Position numbers and translations under genes: made by a program
Source: an uncultured Thermoplasmatales archaeon
Lineage (GTDB): Archaea > Thermoplasmatota > SW-10-69-26
DNA length: 40,149 nucleotides
NCBI GenBank assembly: GCA_964464425.1
Contig: CAYXGD010000002.1
Coordinates: 1 to 40,149 of the forward strand
Direction of reading: 5' to 3'
In this document: piece by piece, positions 1 to 8,649 of the stretch
Layout: each line of letters starts with the position of its first letter
Numbering within the stretch: position 1 is the first letter of the stretch
The notes under the pieces: generated by a model
The model's database searches: none
Seen by the model: the letters and a program-made list of their open reading frames with translations, nothing else
What the model was told of the DNA's origin: nothing

Positions 1-776
1 TCGATGCCGACGTAGTCGACGTGCTGGTCGCCGGGGTACATGCCCATGTAGCTGGCGTTCTTCCCCAGGCTGATGTGGTTGGTCGCGAAGACCAGGCGCA
101 CGTCGCCGCCGTCGGCGCAGGCGTCCTCGAAGGCGCGGTCGATCTTGCGCCAGGCTTCCTTGAAGCTCTCGTTGGTGTTGGGGTGGTTCCCGTTCCCATC
201 GGTGTACCCGATGCTCCAGGCGAACCAGCGGCCGTTCATCTCGTGCATCGGTCGGATCAGCACCGGGTCCCCGGTCGTATCGGAGACCTCGCAGACGCCC
301 TCGGCCATGGAGGTGAGGTACGCGTCGATGGTGAGGGTCTCCCCCCCGCGCATGGTCAGGGTCCGGTTGCCGTCGATGATGTCCCTGGTGGTGATGCCTT
401 GGGGCTCCCAGGTCAGATGCGGGATCGCATCCTTGTGGGTGACGTGCTGGATCGAGTGGCTCACGTTCTGGAACGGCGTCCGCCAGTCGAGGTAGATATC
501 GACGATCTCCAGCTCGGTGCCGGTCTCGTCCTCGAACTCGTCGATCCGGCCGTTGTCGGCCGTCGGCCACGTGCCCAGCCAAGCGCCGAAGAGCACCGTG
601 TCCCCGCGTTCCAAGGCTTGGGCGGCCTCGGACGGGCCCGTGGAGCCCTCCAGGAGCCCGCCGCTGGGTCTCGGGATGCTGGGGCCGTGGGCCGAGAGGA
701 GCACGGCACCCACGAGGAACACGACGCCTAGCACGGCGAACAGGCCGGTCATCCAGCTCGCTGCATCATCCCGCAT
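1..776 (-). CDS. GH26-like glycoside hydrolase (beta-mannanase/beta-glycanase family) with N-terminal membrane anchor; 3' end runs off the window
   Basis: Absent from the ORF track because there is no stop inside the window. My manual minus-strand translation from the ATG at 776 stays open to nt 1: MRDDAASWMTGLFAVLGVVFLVGAVLLSAHG...LIRPMHEMNGRWFAWSIGYTDG.... It has a TM helix followed by the RPxHEMNGxWFxW block typical of GH26. Only 5 nt separate it from the stop of the upstream synthase gene. An alternative ATG lies at 752. Confidence 0.7.
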   Translation of the reverse strand, partial: MRDDAASWMTGLFAVLGVVFLVGAVLLSAHGPSIPRPSGGLLEGSTGPSEAAQALERGDTVLFGAWLGTWPTADNGRIDEFEDETGTELEIVDIYLDWRTPFQNVSHSIQHVTHKDAIPHLTWEPQGITTRDIIDGNRTLTMRGGETLTIDAYLTSMAEGVCEVSDTTGDPVLIRPMHEMNGRWFAWSIGYTDGNGNHPNTNESFKEAWRKIDRAFEDACADGGDVRLVFATNHISLGKNASYMGMYPGDQHVDYVGI

Positions 777-781
777 CGAGG

Positions 782-3700
782 TCACGCTCCCCGCCGGTAG
801 GCGTGGACGTCCCCGCTCTCGGAGACGACCGTCCAGTTCCCATCGGACAGGAACCCGGTCTGGACCCCGCTCTTCTCTGTGTGGTTGCCGGTGATGACGA
901 TCAGGTCCGGGTGACGTTGCAGCATCCGATCGCGCACCCCGGAGTCGTTGAAGAAGGCGGTGTTGAACTCGGCGTCCTCGCCGGTGATGGCCCGGTACCC
1001 GGCCCGGGTCTGCCAGCTCCCGGCCACGACCAAGGAGGGGTCCTCGGCGGCCACGTCCTCCCAGACGCGGTAGTCGTCGTCATCGTAGAGCCGGTACCAG
1101 TCCTGGGTCGTCGCGGCCGCCGGGGCGGTCAGCGCCAGGAAGATCAGCAGGCCAGCGGTCACGGTCGGACCCCGGACCGAACGCCGTTCGGGCAGCAGGT
1201 CGTAGGCTCCGTGGGCGGCGATCCCGGTGAGAAGCGCCGCGCCCAGCGTGAGGTAGGCGACCGTCCGGTGGGGCAGGAACCAGATGTCGAACCAGTTGAC
1301 GAGGACCAGCGGCAGGAGCAGGAAGGTCCACAGCAGCGCGAGCTGGTCGACCGGACGCCGCCGTCCGAGGGCCACGAACGTGCCGAACGCGGCCATGACC
1401 ATGACCGCCGGCGTGAGCATGTGGGCCAGGTTGACGTGCTGTGGCAGGTCGAGCAGGGAGCTGGGCTGCGCCATGATCGTGGCCAGGGTCGCGCTGACGT
1501 TCGCCAACATCTGCGGCACCGGGTTCCAGGTGCCTGGCATGCTGGAGAGGACGAACAGCAGGACCGCGCCGACGAGCCCAGCCCCGAGGATCAAGCGCGA
1601 CCGCCATTCGGGGGAGGCCTGGATGATCAGCCAGAGCGCCAGCGGTGGGAGGGCCAGGCCGATCAGCCACGGGTGGACGACGAGCAGGAACCCGCCGATC
1701 GCCAAGGCGCCCCAGAAGCCACGTCGGTCGCCCTCCGAGTAGCGGAGCAACGACAGGAACAGGAACGGGATCAACGCCAGATCCAGGGCGGTGGGGAAGA
1801 GCAGGTTGGTGCGGAAGATGTTCTCGGGGATGATCGCCGCGCTGAACGCGCCGACCAGCGCGCCGGTCTCCCGGACACGGCCGTGGAGCACCAGGTAGAT
1901 CCCGGCGACCTCGATGACCCCCAGGAACGGTGGGGCCAGCCGGGCGATCCAGTAGAACATGTCGGGGCCCAGCATGGCCAGCGGTGCAAGGAGCGCGGCG
2001 AAGCCTGGTGGGTAGTTGTCAGGGAGTTGGCCGTGCTGCAGGAGATCCCAGGTCCGGGCCATGTGGAGGTAGGGGTCCTCGGCGCCGATGATCGTGTGCG
2101 TCAAGGGGTCCTTGAGCCGCAAGGCCAGGGCCAGGACGAAGATCGAGACCAGGATGGCGCCTCGCCAGGGGTCCTGGGTCCAGGGGCTGGGGTCCTCGAT
2201 CTCCTCGGGCGGGGTCGTCTTGGTCGCGCCGGGGTCCTCGTCGTCGGTGGCGACGTCCCGGTAGGACTTGTAGGCGTAGATCGGCGGGCACAGGAAGACC
2301 AGGGCGTAAAGCGACAGCCACACGATGAAGACGAGCCGGGTGATGCCGATCGCGCCGGTCTCCAAGAACCCGACGGCGAGCCGGTAGAGGATGCCGAGGC
2401 CCACGATCACGAGGCCTGTGGCCATGGCGCTCTCGAACTTCGTGAGCTGGAGCGATCGTTTCAGAGCCTCGAGCCGGCCGACGTTCTCGTCGACCCCCTT
2501 GGGCGTGCGGACGAAGGGCATCTCCTCGCCGAAGAAGCCCCTCAGCGCGGCCCACGTGTTGCTGAACTTGGCCGAGAACCACATGCCGAAGACCTGTAAG
2601 GTCTCCCACGTCGACAGGTCGTAGATCCTGTTGAGCGACATGCGGACCCGTAGGACCGCCTCGACCAGGAGGAAGAGCGGGATCAGGCCCACCAGCCAGA
2701 CCTCGGCCTGGTGGTGGGTGACGACCTCGGTCCCGAGCAAATCGCCGAGACCCAGGGCCATCAGGATGAGCGCGATCGCGACGAGGAAGACACCGTCGAA
2801 CCAGTGGACGATGCCGCTGATGTAATCGAACTTCTGCCGTGTGGTGAGCTGCTGGGAGGAGACGATCCCACCCAGATGCGTGTTGAGGACCTGGCCACCG
2901 CCGAACGCCCACCGGTTCTGCTGCTTCTTGTACGCGCCGAAGTCCTCTGGGATCAGGCCGTTCCCGTAGTACTGGGAGACGTAGACGCTGTCGTACCCCT
3001 CATCCAGCAGGCGCGCGGCCAGCTCGGCGTCCTCGGTGACGTGGTCCTCGCTCCACCCACCGACCTTCTCGAGGGCGCGGCGCCGAAGGATGCCCATGGT
3101 GCCGCAGAAGATGATCGCGTTGCTCTCGTTCCGGGACGGTAGGACGGTGTGGTAGAAGTACGCGTCCGCGTACTGGTAGTTCTTCGTGAGGAAGGAGAAG
3201 TCGGCGTTCCGGTAGTTCTGAGGGGTCTGGAGGAAGGCGACGTCGGGCTTGACGAAGTAACCGACGGTGTTGCGGAGGTAGTCGGGGTTGACCTGGTAGT
3301 CGGCATCGATGACCGCCAGGAGCTCGATGTCCGGTGGCGTGTGGGGCATCGCGTCGTTGAGGGCGCCGGCCTTGTACCCGTGCCGGTCCTCGCGGTGCAT
3401 GTAGAAGATGTCGTGCTGCTGGCAGAACTCACGGAGCGGCGCCCGGTACTTCTCCTCGGTGGAGTCATCGAGGACCATGATCATGTAGCGGTCCTCGGGG
3501 TAGTCGACGTCCATGAGCGACTTGACGGTCTCGATGACCATCTCGGGCGGCTCGTTGAACGTCGGGACCTGGAAGGCGACCTTGGGCTCGTAGTAGGGCG
3601 AGAACGCGCGTTGCTCCTCCTTGCGCGACCACCGGGTCCGTTGGACCACGTCCATCGGGTAGAAGGCGTAGATCAGCACGAAGGAGAGCGCCATCGTCTC

Positions 3701-4306
3701 GCAGACGAACAACAGGATCGACAGGGGCAGGGCCTCGGCGGGCACCTGAGGGAGCGTGACGAACAGGCTGTACCCGATGTAGCCGGCGACGACCGTGGCC
3801 AGGGAGACGAAGGCAAGCAGGCCCTCGAACCGCCAGGCGTAGCGGACGACCAGGAGACCCAGGAGGGCACCCATCAGCACGGCGACGAGCTCCCAGGTGG
3901 TCCCGGATAGCGCGCCAGCCGCCGCCAGGGCCAGGTACCCGCCAGGGGTGGAGACGGCACCGTAGTTGGCGGCCACGTAGCCGAAGACGTAGATCAGCAG
4001 GCCGGCCATCCCGCCGCCGTAGATGCCCAGGAACGCGCGGCCGGTCCGGCGGACCCAGTCCACGCCGATGACGGCGTAGCTGATCAGGATGCCAGCGATC
4101 CCACCGATGACCGGGTAGGCCAGCACGGCCAGGTCCAGGGTGGACAGGGCCATCATCAGGCTGGCGCCTGGGTGGAGGAGGACGTAGACGCCGGCGCCGA
4201 CCGCCAGCCCGACCGTGATCCCCAAGCTGAGGATCAGGAGGCTGATGATCTGGCCGAGGAGCCCCGGCGCTCCGGGTCTTGGCCTAGAACCAGACCTCGA
4301 AGTCAC
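782..4306 (-). CDS. Polytopic processive family-2 glycosyltransferase (cellulose/chitin/PNAG-synthase-like) fused to a C-terminal GT-C-like multi-TM module plus a small soluble domain
   Basis: 1174-aa ORF. GT2 synthase signatures are VLDDSTEE (near nt 3463-3477), IDADY, the TED motif in HVTEDAELA (near nt 3029-3037) and QQNRW (nt 2908-2922). TM helices flank the catalytic domain. After an acidic linker (DDEDPGATKTTPPEEIEDPSPW) come about 11 more predicted TM helices. The first loop there reads GAEDPYLHMARTWDLLQHGQLP (nt about 2041-2090), resembling the DxYxH first-loop motif of STT3/AglB- or PMT/ArnT-type GT-C enzymes. Confidence 0.85.
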   Translation of the reverse strand: MTSRSGSRPRPGAPGLLGQIISLLILSLGITVGLAVGAGVYVLLHPGASLMMALSTLDLAVLAYPVIGGIAGILISYAVIGVDWVRRTGRAFLGIYGGGMAGLLIYVFGYVAANYGAVSTPGGYLALAAAGALSGTTWELVAVLMGALLGLLVVRYAWRFEGLLAFVSLATVVAGYIGYSLFVTLPQVPAEALPLSILLFVCETMALSFVLIYAFYPMDVVQRTRWSRKEEQRAFSPYYEPKVAFQVPTFNEPPEMVIETVKSLMDVDYPEDRYMIMVLDDSTEEKYRAPLREFCQQHDIFYMHREDRHGYKAGALNDAMPHTPPDIELLAVIDADYQVNPDYLRNTVGYFVKPDVAFLQTPQNYRNADFSFLTKNYQYADAYFYHTVLPSRNESNAIIFCGTMGILRRRALEKVGGWSEDHVTEDAELAARLLDEGYDSVYVSQYYGNGLIPEDFGAYKKQQNRWAFGGGQVLNTHLGGIVSSQQLTTRQKFDYISGIVHWFDGVFLVAIALILMALGLGDLLGTEVVTHHQAEVWLVGLIPLFLLVEAVLRVRMSLNRIYDLSTWETLQVFGMWFSAKFSNTWAALRGFFGEEMPFVRTPKGVDENVGRLEALKRSLQLTKFESAMATGLVIVGLGILYRLAVGFLETGAIGITRLVFIVWLSLYALVFLCPPIYAYKSYRDVATDDEDPGATKTTPPEEIEDPSPWTQDPWRGAILVSIFVLALALRLKDPLTHTIIGAEDPYLHMARTWDLLQHGQLPDNYPPGFAALLAPLAMLGPDMFYWIARLAPPFLGVIEVAGIYLVLHGRVRETGALVGAFSAAIIPENIFRTNLLFPTALDLALIPFLFLSLLRYSEGDRRGFWGALAIGGFLLVVHPWLIGLALPPLALWLIIQASPEWRSRLILGAGLVGAVLLFVLSSMPGTWNPVPQMLANVSATLATIMAQPSSLLDLPQHVNLAHMLTPAVMVMAAFGTFVALGRRRPVDQLALLWTFLLLPLVLVNWFDIWFLPHRTVAYLTLGAALLTGIAAHGAYDLLPERRSVRGPTVTAGLLIFLALTAPAAATTQDWYRLYDDDDYRVWEDVAAEDPSLVVAGSWQTRAGYRAITGEDAEFNTAFFNDSGVRDRMLQRHPDLIVITGNHTEKSGVQTGFLSDGNWTVVSESGDVHAYRRGA

Positions 4307-5258
4307 AGCCAGGGTCCCCCCGTTGTCGACAAGCGGTCTCGCGGACGACGACGTCTTTGCCCTTGAGCTGCTGGAAGGCCCCCTCGAGGAACCCTTCCTC
4401 GAACGGGCACCGCTTGACGCCCTCAGCGCTCGTCTCGGAACCGGACGTGCAGCCCCGGCAGTGGACCAACCGGATGCGGACCAGGTGCGGGACCGTCTTG
4501 AGGACGCGAGGCTCGGCGATGCCGGTCTCGCGCATGTGCTCCATCAGGTCGTCCATCGTGGTGCCGTTGAACCCAGCACCTGCTCGCCGACCTCGCTTCA
4601 GGAGGTCCTGATGTTCGGCGTTACCCGATGCCAGCACCCGGGAGCTTCGATCATCGACCGAGCCCCGGTGGCCGTTGCTGCTGGACCGTCGGCTGCTGGC
4701 GGTCTGGGTCGTGCCGAGGCTTCCTGCCGTGGACAGCGCCAAGGTGACCTCCTCGTCGGTCTCGTCGACCTCGGCGGTCACCACGGGCACGTCGGGATCC
4801 TTGGGGTCGGGGGCCGGCCGTTCGTCGGCCGAGGCAGCCTCGGGAGCTGCGGGGGCCTCTGGGGCCGAGACGGCCTGAGGTGGGCCGCTGGCCTGGGCCA
4901 CCGGCGCGCTGGAGGGATGCGAGCCCCCGCTCGGACCGGAGGAGGTCGCGGGCGGGGTCTTGCGGACCAGCATCACGGCGAACAGGATCGACAGCGTGGC
5001 CAGGCCGCCGGCCATCAGGATCGCAGGCGCGCCGAACTCGCTGCTTGCTTCGACCTGCGCCATCTCCTGGTTCCCTTGGGCCAGCATGAGCGCTGCCTGA
5101 TCGAACAGGTTCAGCGTCACGGCACCCAACCAAGCGAAGAACCTGTGCGCTGACTCCAGGGTCACCTGTCCGAGGCTCCCGTCGGTGACGAGGAGGCTGG
5201 CAGGGGTGCTCATCTCTCGGTCCACCCCTTGGGGGACCGCCGAGGGGAGCGGAGACAT
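4284..5258 (-). CDS. Membrane-anchored V4R (4-vinyl-reductase-type) domain protein
   Basis: 324-aa ORF with one TM helix (FGAPAILMAGGLATLSILFAVMLV) and a P/A/S-rich linker. The C-terminal block VHCRGCTSG...KRCPFEEGFLEGAFQQLKGKDVVVRETACRQRGDPGCDFEVWF matches the Cys-containing V4R/COG1719 pattern. Its 3' end overlaps the synthase start by 23 nt (4284-4306), implying co-transcription. An alternative start lies at 5213. Confidence 0.7.
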   Translation of the reverse strand: MSPLPSAVPQGVDREMSTPASLLVTDGSLGQVTLESAHRFFAWLGAVTLNLFDQAALMLAQGNQEMAQVEASSEFGAPAILMAGGLATLSILFAVMLVRKTPPATSSGPSGGSHPSSAPVAQASGPPQAVSAPEAPAAPEAASADERPAPDPKDPDVPVVTAEVDETDEEVTLALSTAGSLGTTQTASSRRSSSNGHRGSVDDRSSRVLASGNAEHQDLLKRGRRAGAGFNGTTMDDLMEHMRETGIAEPRVLKTVPHLVRIRLVHCRGCTSGSETSAEGVKRCPFEEGFLEGAFQQLKGKDVVVRETACRQRGDPGCDFEVWF

Positions 5259-5418
5259 GCTGTTCGTTCAGGTTGGGGTGCCATGGGGAACGGCCTCGCC
5301 ACCCTGGTGACCGCCACACCCCCTTGCCCCTTTTGGCACGCAGTTCGAAGGGTCACCTGCGACCCTTCGAGCCCCCTGGAAGAACCCTCTTCATCGAGAC
5401 ACCGGTCATCCCAGGCCG

Positions 5419-6789
5419 ATGCCCGAGCGACCCTTGGCCCTTGCAGCCATCCTCCTGGTGCTTGCAGGCATCGGTCCTGCGATGGCTGGGGCCGCCCAGA
5501 CAGGCCAGACGGCGCCCACCGTGAGCATCGAGACGCCCAAGGAGGGCGCCACCGTGAACGGCACGGTCGTCGTCGAGGGCCAGGCTGCCGCCAGCAACGG
5601 GAGCATCGACCGTGTCGAGGTCCGCATCGACGACGGCGCCTGGGAGAACGCCTCAGGGACGGACGCCTGGACCTACAGCTGGGAGACCTCCGGCCACGGC
5701 GACGGTCCCCATACGATCAGCGCGCGGGCGTACGCCGGCGGCAACACCTCCCAGATCACGCACCGGAACGTGACCGTCCAGAACGAGGATCCGGCGCCCC
5801 AGGTCACGATCCAAGATCCCGACGACGGGGAGACCGTCGGCGGGACCGTGGCGATCGAAGGTGCCGCCTCGGCGCCCGGGGCCCCCATCGACCGGGTCGA
5901 GGTCCGGATCGACGACGGGGCCTGGCAGGCTGCCGAGGGGCACCAAGCCTGGACCTACAGCTGGGACTCCACCGCCGTCCCCGACGGCACCCACGCCATC
6001 CAAGCCAGGGCCCACGCGGATGGAGCCACCTCCAGGGTCGCCAACATCACCGTGGTCGTCGAGAACCAACAGGAGGCCCCCGAGATCACCCTCGCGGCCC
6101 CCGACGCCGGCGCCACCGTCGAGGGGACCATCGAGGTCCGCGGCCAAGCCAGCGACCCCGACGGCGACCAGCTCGAGGTCCAGGTGCGCATCGACGACGG
6201 GGCCTGGAGCAACGCGACCGGCACCGACCCCTGGACCTTCGCCTGGGATACGACGACCGTCGAGGATGGCTCGCATGTCCTGCAAGCTCGGGTCTTCGAC
6301 GGTGATCGTCACGTCCACACCGAGCTGCGCGGCGTGGAGGTCGACAACGGGAAGGACCCGGCCTCCGATGGCAACACCACGGGCGACGCGGCTTCGGCGC
6401 CCAGGCTCGAGCTCAACGTCGACGCCCCAGCCAACGGCGCCGAGGTCAACGGCTCGCTCGTCGTGGAGGGGACCGTCGAGACCGATGCCGCAAGCGGCCA
6501 GCCGGTGACCGTCGGCGCGAGGATCGACGACGGGCCATGGCGGACCACCGAGATCCAGGCTGGCCAGCCCTTCAGCCTCGAGCTCGATCTCGACGGCGTC
6601 AGCCCGGGCGACCACCAGCTCACCGTCCAGGCGACCACAGGGCAGGCCACCGAGGAGGACCAACGGACCCTCACCATCGCTGCGGCCGAGCAAGGGGCCA
6701 CACCGTCCTCGGCTGCCGTCGGGCTGGCCACCTTCGTGGTCCTGTTGCTCTTGGGGATCGGTGGCCTGTGGGCCTGGTCCAGGACGTGA
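5419..6789 (+). CDS. Secreted/cell-surface protein with four tandem Ig-like (beta-sandwich) repeats and a C-terminal TM anchor
   Basis: N-terminal signal-like helix (LALAAILLVLAGIGPAMAGA). An about 95-aa unit occurs four times: GxTVxGTVxxEGxA...I(D/Q)xVEVRIDDGAWxxAxGTxxWTYSWDT...DGxHxIxARA. The last 30 aa are hydrophobic plus a basic tail (VGLATFVVLLLLGIGGLWAWSRT). Several N-x-S/T sequons are present. Confidence 0.75.
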   Translation: MPERPLALAAILLVLAGIGPAMAGAAQTGQTAPTVSIETPKEGATVNGTVVVEGQAAASNGSIDRVEVRIDDGAWENASGTDAWTYSWETSGHGDGPHTISARAYAGGNTSQITHRNVTVQNEDPAPQVTIQDPDDGETVGGTVAIEGAASAPGAPIDRVEVRIDDGAWQAAEGHQAWTYSWDSTAVPDGTHAIQARAHADGATSRVANITVVVENQQEAPEITLAAPDAGATVEGTIEVRGQASDPDGDQLEVQVRIDDGAWSNATGTDPWTFAWDTTTVEDGSHVLQARVFDGDRHVHTELRGVEVDNGKDPASDGNTTGDAASAPRLELNVDAPANGAEVNGSLVVEGTVETDAASGQPVTVGARIDDGPWRTTEIQAGQPFSLELDLDGVSPGDHQLTVQATTGQATEEDQRTLTIAAAEQGATPSSAAVGLATFVVLLLLGIGGLWAWSRT

Positions 6790-6916
6790 CGATCCTAGCT
6801 CGAGCACCGTGAGCCGACCCGGGGGACCAGGGACCTGGCGTGGCCCCGTGACGGCCCCAGGCATCTTTCGACGGGCTAGAGAAAGCGCCTATGGGGACCC
6901 GCGAGGAGTCGGGGCC

Positions 6917-7105
6917 ATGGACGAGCTCATGGCGATCCCCGGCGAGGTGTCCTGCACCATCGGCGGGAAACGGTACCGCGAGGCAGCGGTCTACATAGCC
7001 ACCTTCCTGGCCCACGTCCAGGTGTTCGGGGAGAAGGGCACCCGGCCCTTCGTCACCCTGGCCTCGGCGGGGCTCAGCGACGATGAAGCCCGGATGCTGC
7101 GTTGA
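6917..7105 (+). CDS. Small hypothetical protein (62 aa)
   Basis: ATG-initiated part of ORF 6761..7105 (MDELMAIPGEVSCTIGGKRYREAAVYIATFLAHVQVFGEKGTRPFVTLASAGLSDDEARMLR). The composition is protein-like, but I recognise no family. Confidence 0.25.
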   Translation: MDELMAIPGEVSCTIGGKRYREAAVYIATFLAHVQVFGEKGTRPFVTLASAGLSDDEARMLR

Positions 7106-8048
7106 GCGCCCTTCTCCTCACCGGTCCGGACGCCCTGCCGATCGGACCGTTCGAAGCCTCTGACACAACCGAGTTAACCCGAGCCGTGCTACGCCGGCCG
7201 TGCCGGGACCCTCCGGCATGAGCAACGACCCGGGCCGTGGGACCTCACGCTCGTCTGCGATGACCCGAGCTCTGAGCCCCCTGTCTCCCCCTCGGCCCGG
7301 GGTCCTTCTCACCTCCCCCACCGTACCGCCAGCCACCCGGTCGATCGCCGTGAGGGACCATCGATCCTGGCGCGTGCCTTGCTTCGAGCATCGTGCGAGA
7401 ACCCTCTTGAGGGCACAGCCCGCCGTCCAGGATGAGACCCGCACGGGCTCCTGCACCTCTCGGACCGGGGGTGCTCATCGTGGACCCTTGACCCCCCGGC
7501 CGGGCCGTGCCTCCCGGGCCCCGTCGGCTCTGCAAGGAGTGTCATCGACGATGCATGCTGGAGACCTCACCCTGGCCGTGATGCTGACGGCGGTAGGCGC
7601 CATCGGGACCAAGACCGCGCGACGCCCCCTCGACGACCCCGCCAGGCGCTCCCCGGCGCGGACCGTCCCCCGCGAGCCCGCCCCGGCCGCTCGCGTCTCC
7701 AGCAGGGTCCCCGGTGGGCCACACCGTGCCGCCGGGCGCTCCGGGCCTGGCGGATCGGCCGCCGGCGCGGCCGGCGACCCCAGCCGGTCCACCCCGGGGG
7801 CTCGCCAGTGCTGGAGGGTGATCCAAGATCGCACCTCGAACCTCGGCCCCGCCCGATCGCTGCTCCCCCTCGGGATCCGCGGTGCGGTGGGCCAGTGGGC
7901 AACCCCCGATGGTCGGCATCGTGTCCGGTGAGCGGGGCCCGACCCACGGGCCGGCTCCGAGCCGTCCGGGCCCGTGGCTCCCAGCGCTGCGGAGGTCGGG
8001 AGCGTGAGCCCCCTCCTGGGCCGAGCGTTGGCACCCAGCGTCCTGCTC

Positions 8049-8603
8049 ATGGCCGGGAGCACCGATCTCCCCCGCCAGAAGACCCGGCGCGAGGTGTACA
8101 AGCACGTCAAGCGCTACCCGGGCCTCCACCTCAGCGAGATCGCCCGGCAGCTCGACATCCCGACCAACCATGCCAAGTACCACCTCCGCCGGCTGGAGAA
8201 CGACGACATGGTCTCCAGCTTCAAGGAGGACGGCTACTGGCGGTTCTTCCCCCGGGCCGATGGCAGCGTGGGGACCCGGGATCTCGTGGACCGCGAGGAG
8301 AAACGCTTGCTGGCCATGCTCCGCCGGCCCAAACCCCTGCACATCGTCATCCACCTGCTCTCCACCGGTGAAGCCACCCACGGCGAGCTGACCGACGTCC
8401 TCGATGTCGCCGGTGCAACGGCCCACTACCACCTCCAGCGCATGGAGGACGCGGGCCTGCTGGAACGCCGGCCCGACGGCCGGCGGGTCTACTACGCCCT
8501 GGCCCGCCCGGACGAGGTCGCCCGGCTGCTCGATCGCTACGAGCCGCCGGACGAGCTGGTCTCCGGCTTCCTGGATGCCTGGGAGGACGTGAGCCTCTGG
8601 TAG
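8049..8603 (+). CDS. Transcriptional regulator with two ArsR-like winged-helix domains
   Basis: Two wHTH units: EVYKHVKRYPGLHLSEIARQLDIPTNHAKYHLRRLENDDMVSS and LHIVIHLLSTGEATHGELTDVLDVAGATAHYHLQRMEDAGLLERRPDGRRVYYAL. The start is uncertain; the ORF opens at 7974 and the first ATG is at 8049. Confidence 0.75.
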   Translation: MAGSTDLPRQKTRREVYKHVKRYPGLHLSEIARQLDIPTNHAKYHLRRLENDDMVSSFKEDGYWRFFPRADGSVGTRDLVDREEKRLLAMLRRPKPLHIVIHLLSTGEATHGELTDVLDVAGATAHYHLQRMEDAGLLERRPDGRRVYYALARPDEVARLLDRYEPPDELVSGFLDAWEDVSLW

Positions 8604-8649
8604 CTGCCAGGAGCCCCAAAGCCTCAAATCCCCCTCCCCCATCCTAGGC

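Noticed and set aside
21-731. Track ORFs 21..731 (+), 73..495 (+), 461..709 (-) and 517..894 (+) at the left edge
   Set aside because: Their translations are R/G/P/A/V-rich strings with no motifs. The opposite strand, in the frame opening at the ATG at 776, gives a clean TM helix plus GH26-type sequence open to the window edge. These are shadow ORFs of that gene.
782-2236. Annotating the C-terminal module of the synthase as an AglB/STT3 oligosaccharyltransferase
   Set aside because: The WWDYG catalytic motif and a large C-terminal periplasmic-type domain are not visible. Only the first-loop DxYxH-like motif and the polytopic layout resemble GT-C enzymes, so only a generic GT-C-like label is justified.
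803-2599. Long antisense or out-of-frame ORFs over the synthase, Ig-repeat, kinase and other genes. Examples: 803..2599 +, 2019..2912 -, 5229..6305 +, 5653..6864 -, 19115..22282 +, 23697..24785 +, 24933..26393 +, 26456..28609 +, 29777..30514 +, 9896..10852 -, 11623..12474 -, 12796..13602 -, 13825..14541 -, 16272..17093 +, 32485..33438 -
   Set aside because: Stop codons are rare in the non-coding frames of GC-rich DNA. These products are dominated by R, G, P, A, D and E with no domain signatures. Every one overlaps a frame that carries unmistakable family motifs.
7106-8048. RNase P RNA or SRP (7S) RNA in the gene-free stretch
   Set aside because: I scanned both strands for the hallmark strings (GAGGAAAGUCC-type CR-I; the GGAA-tetraloop/AGCA helix-8 core of SRP RNA) and did not see them. 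The region is left as unexplained rather than annotated.
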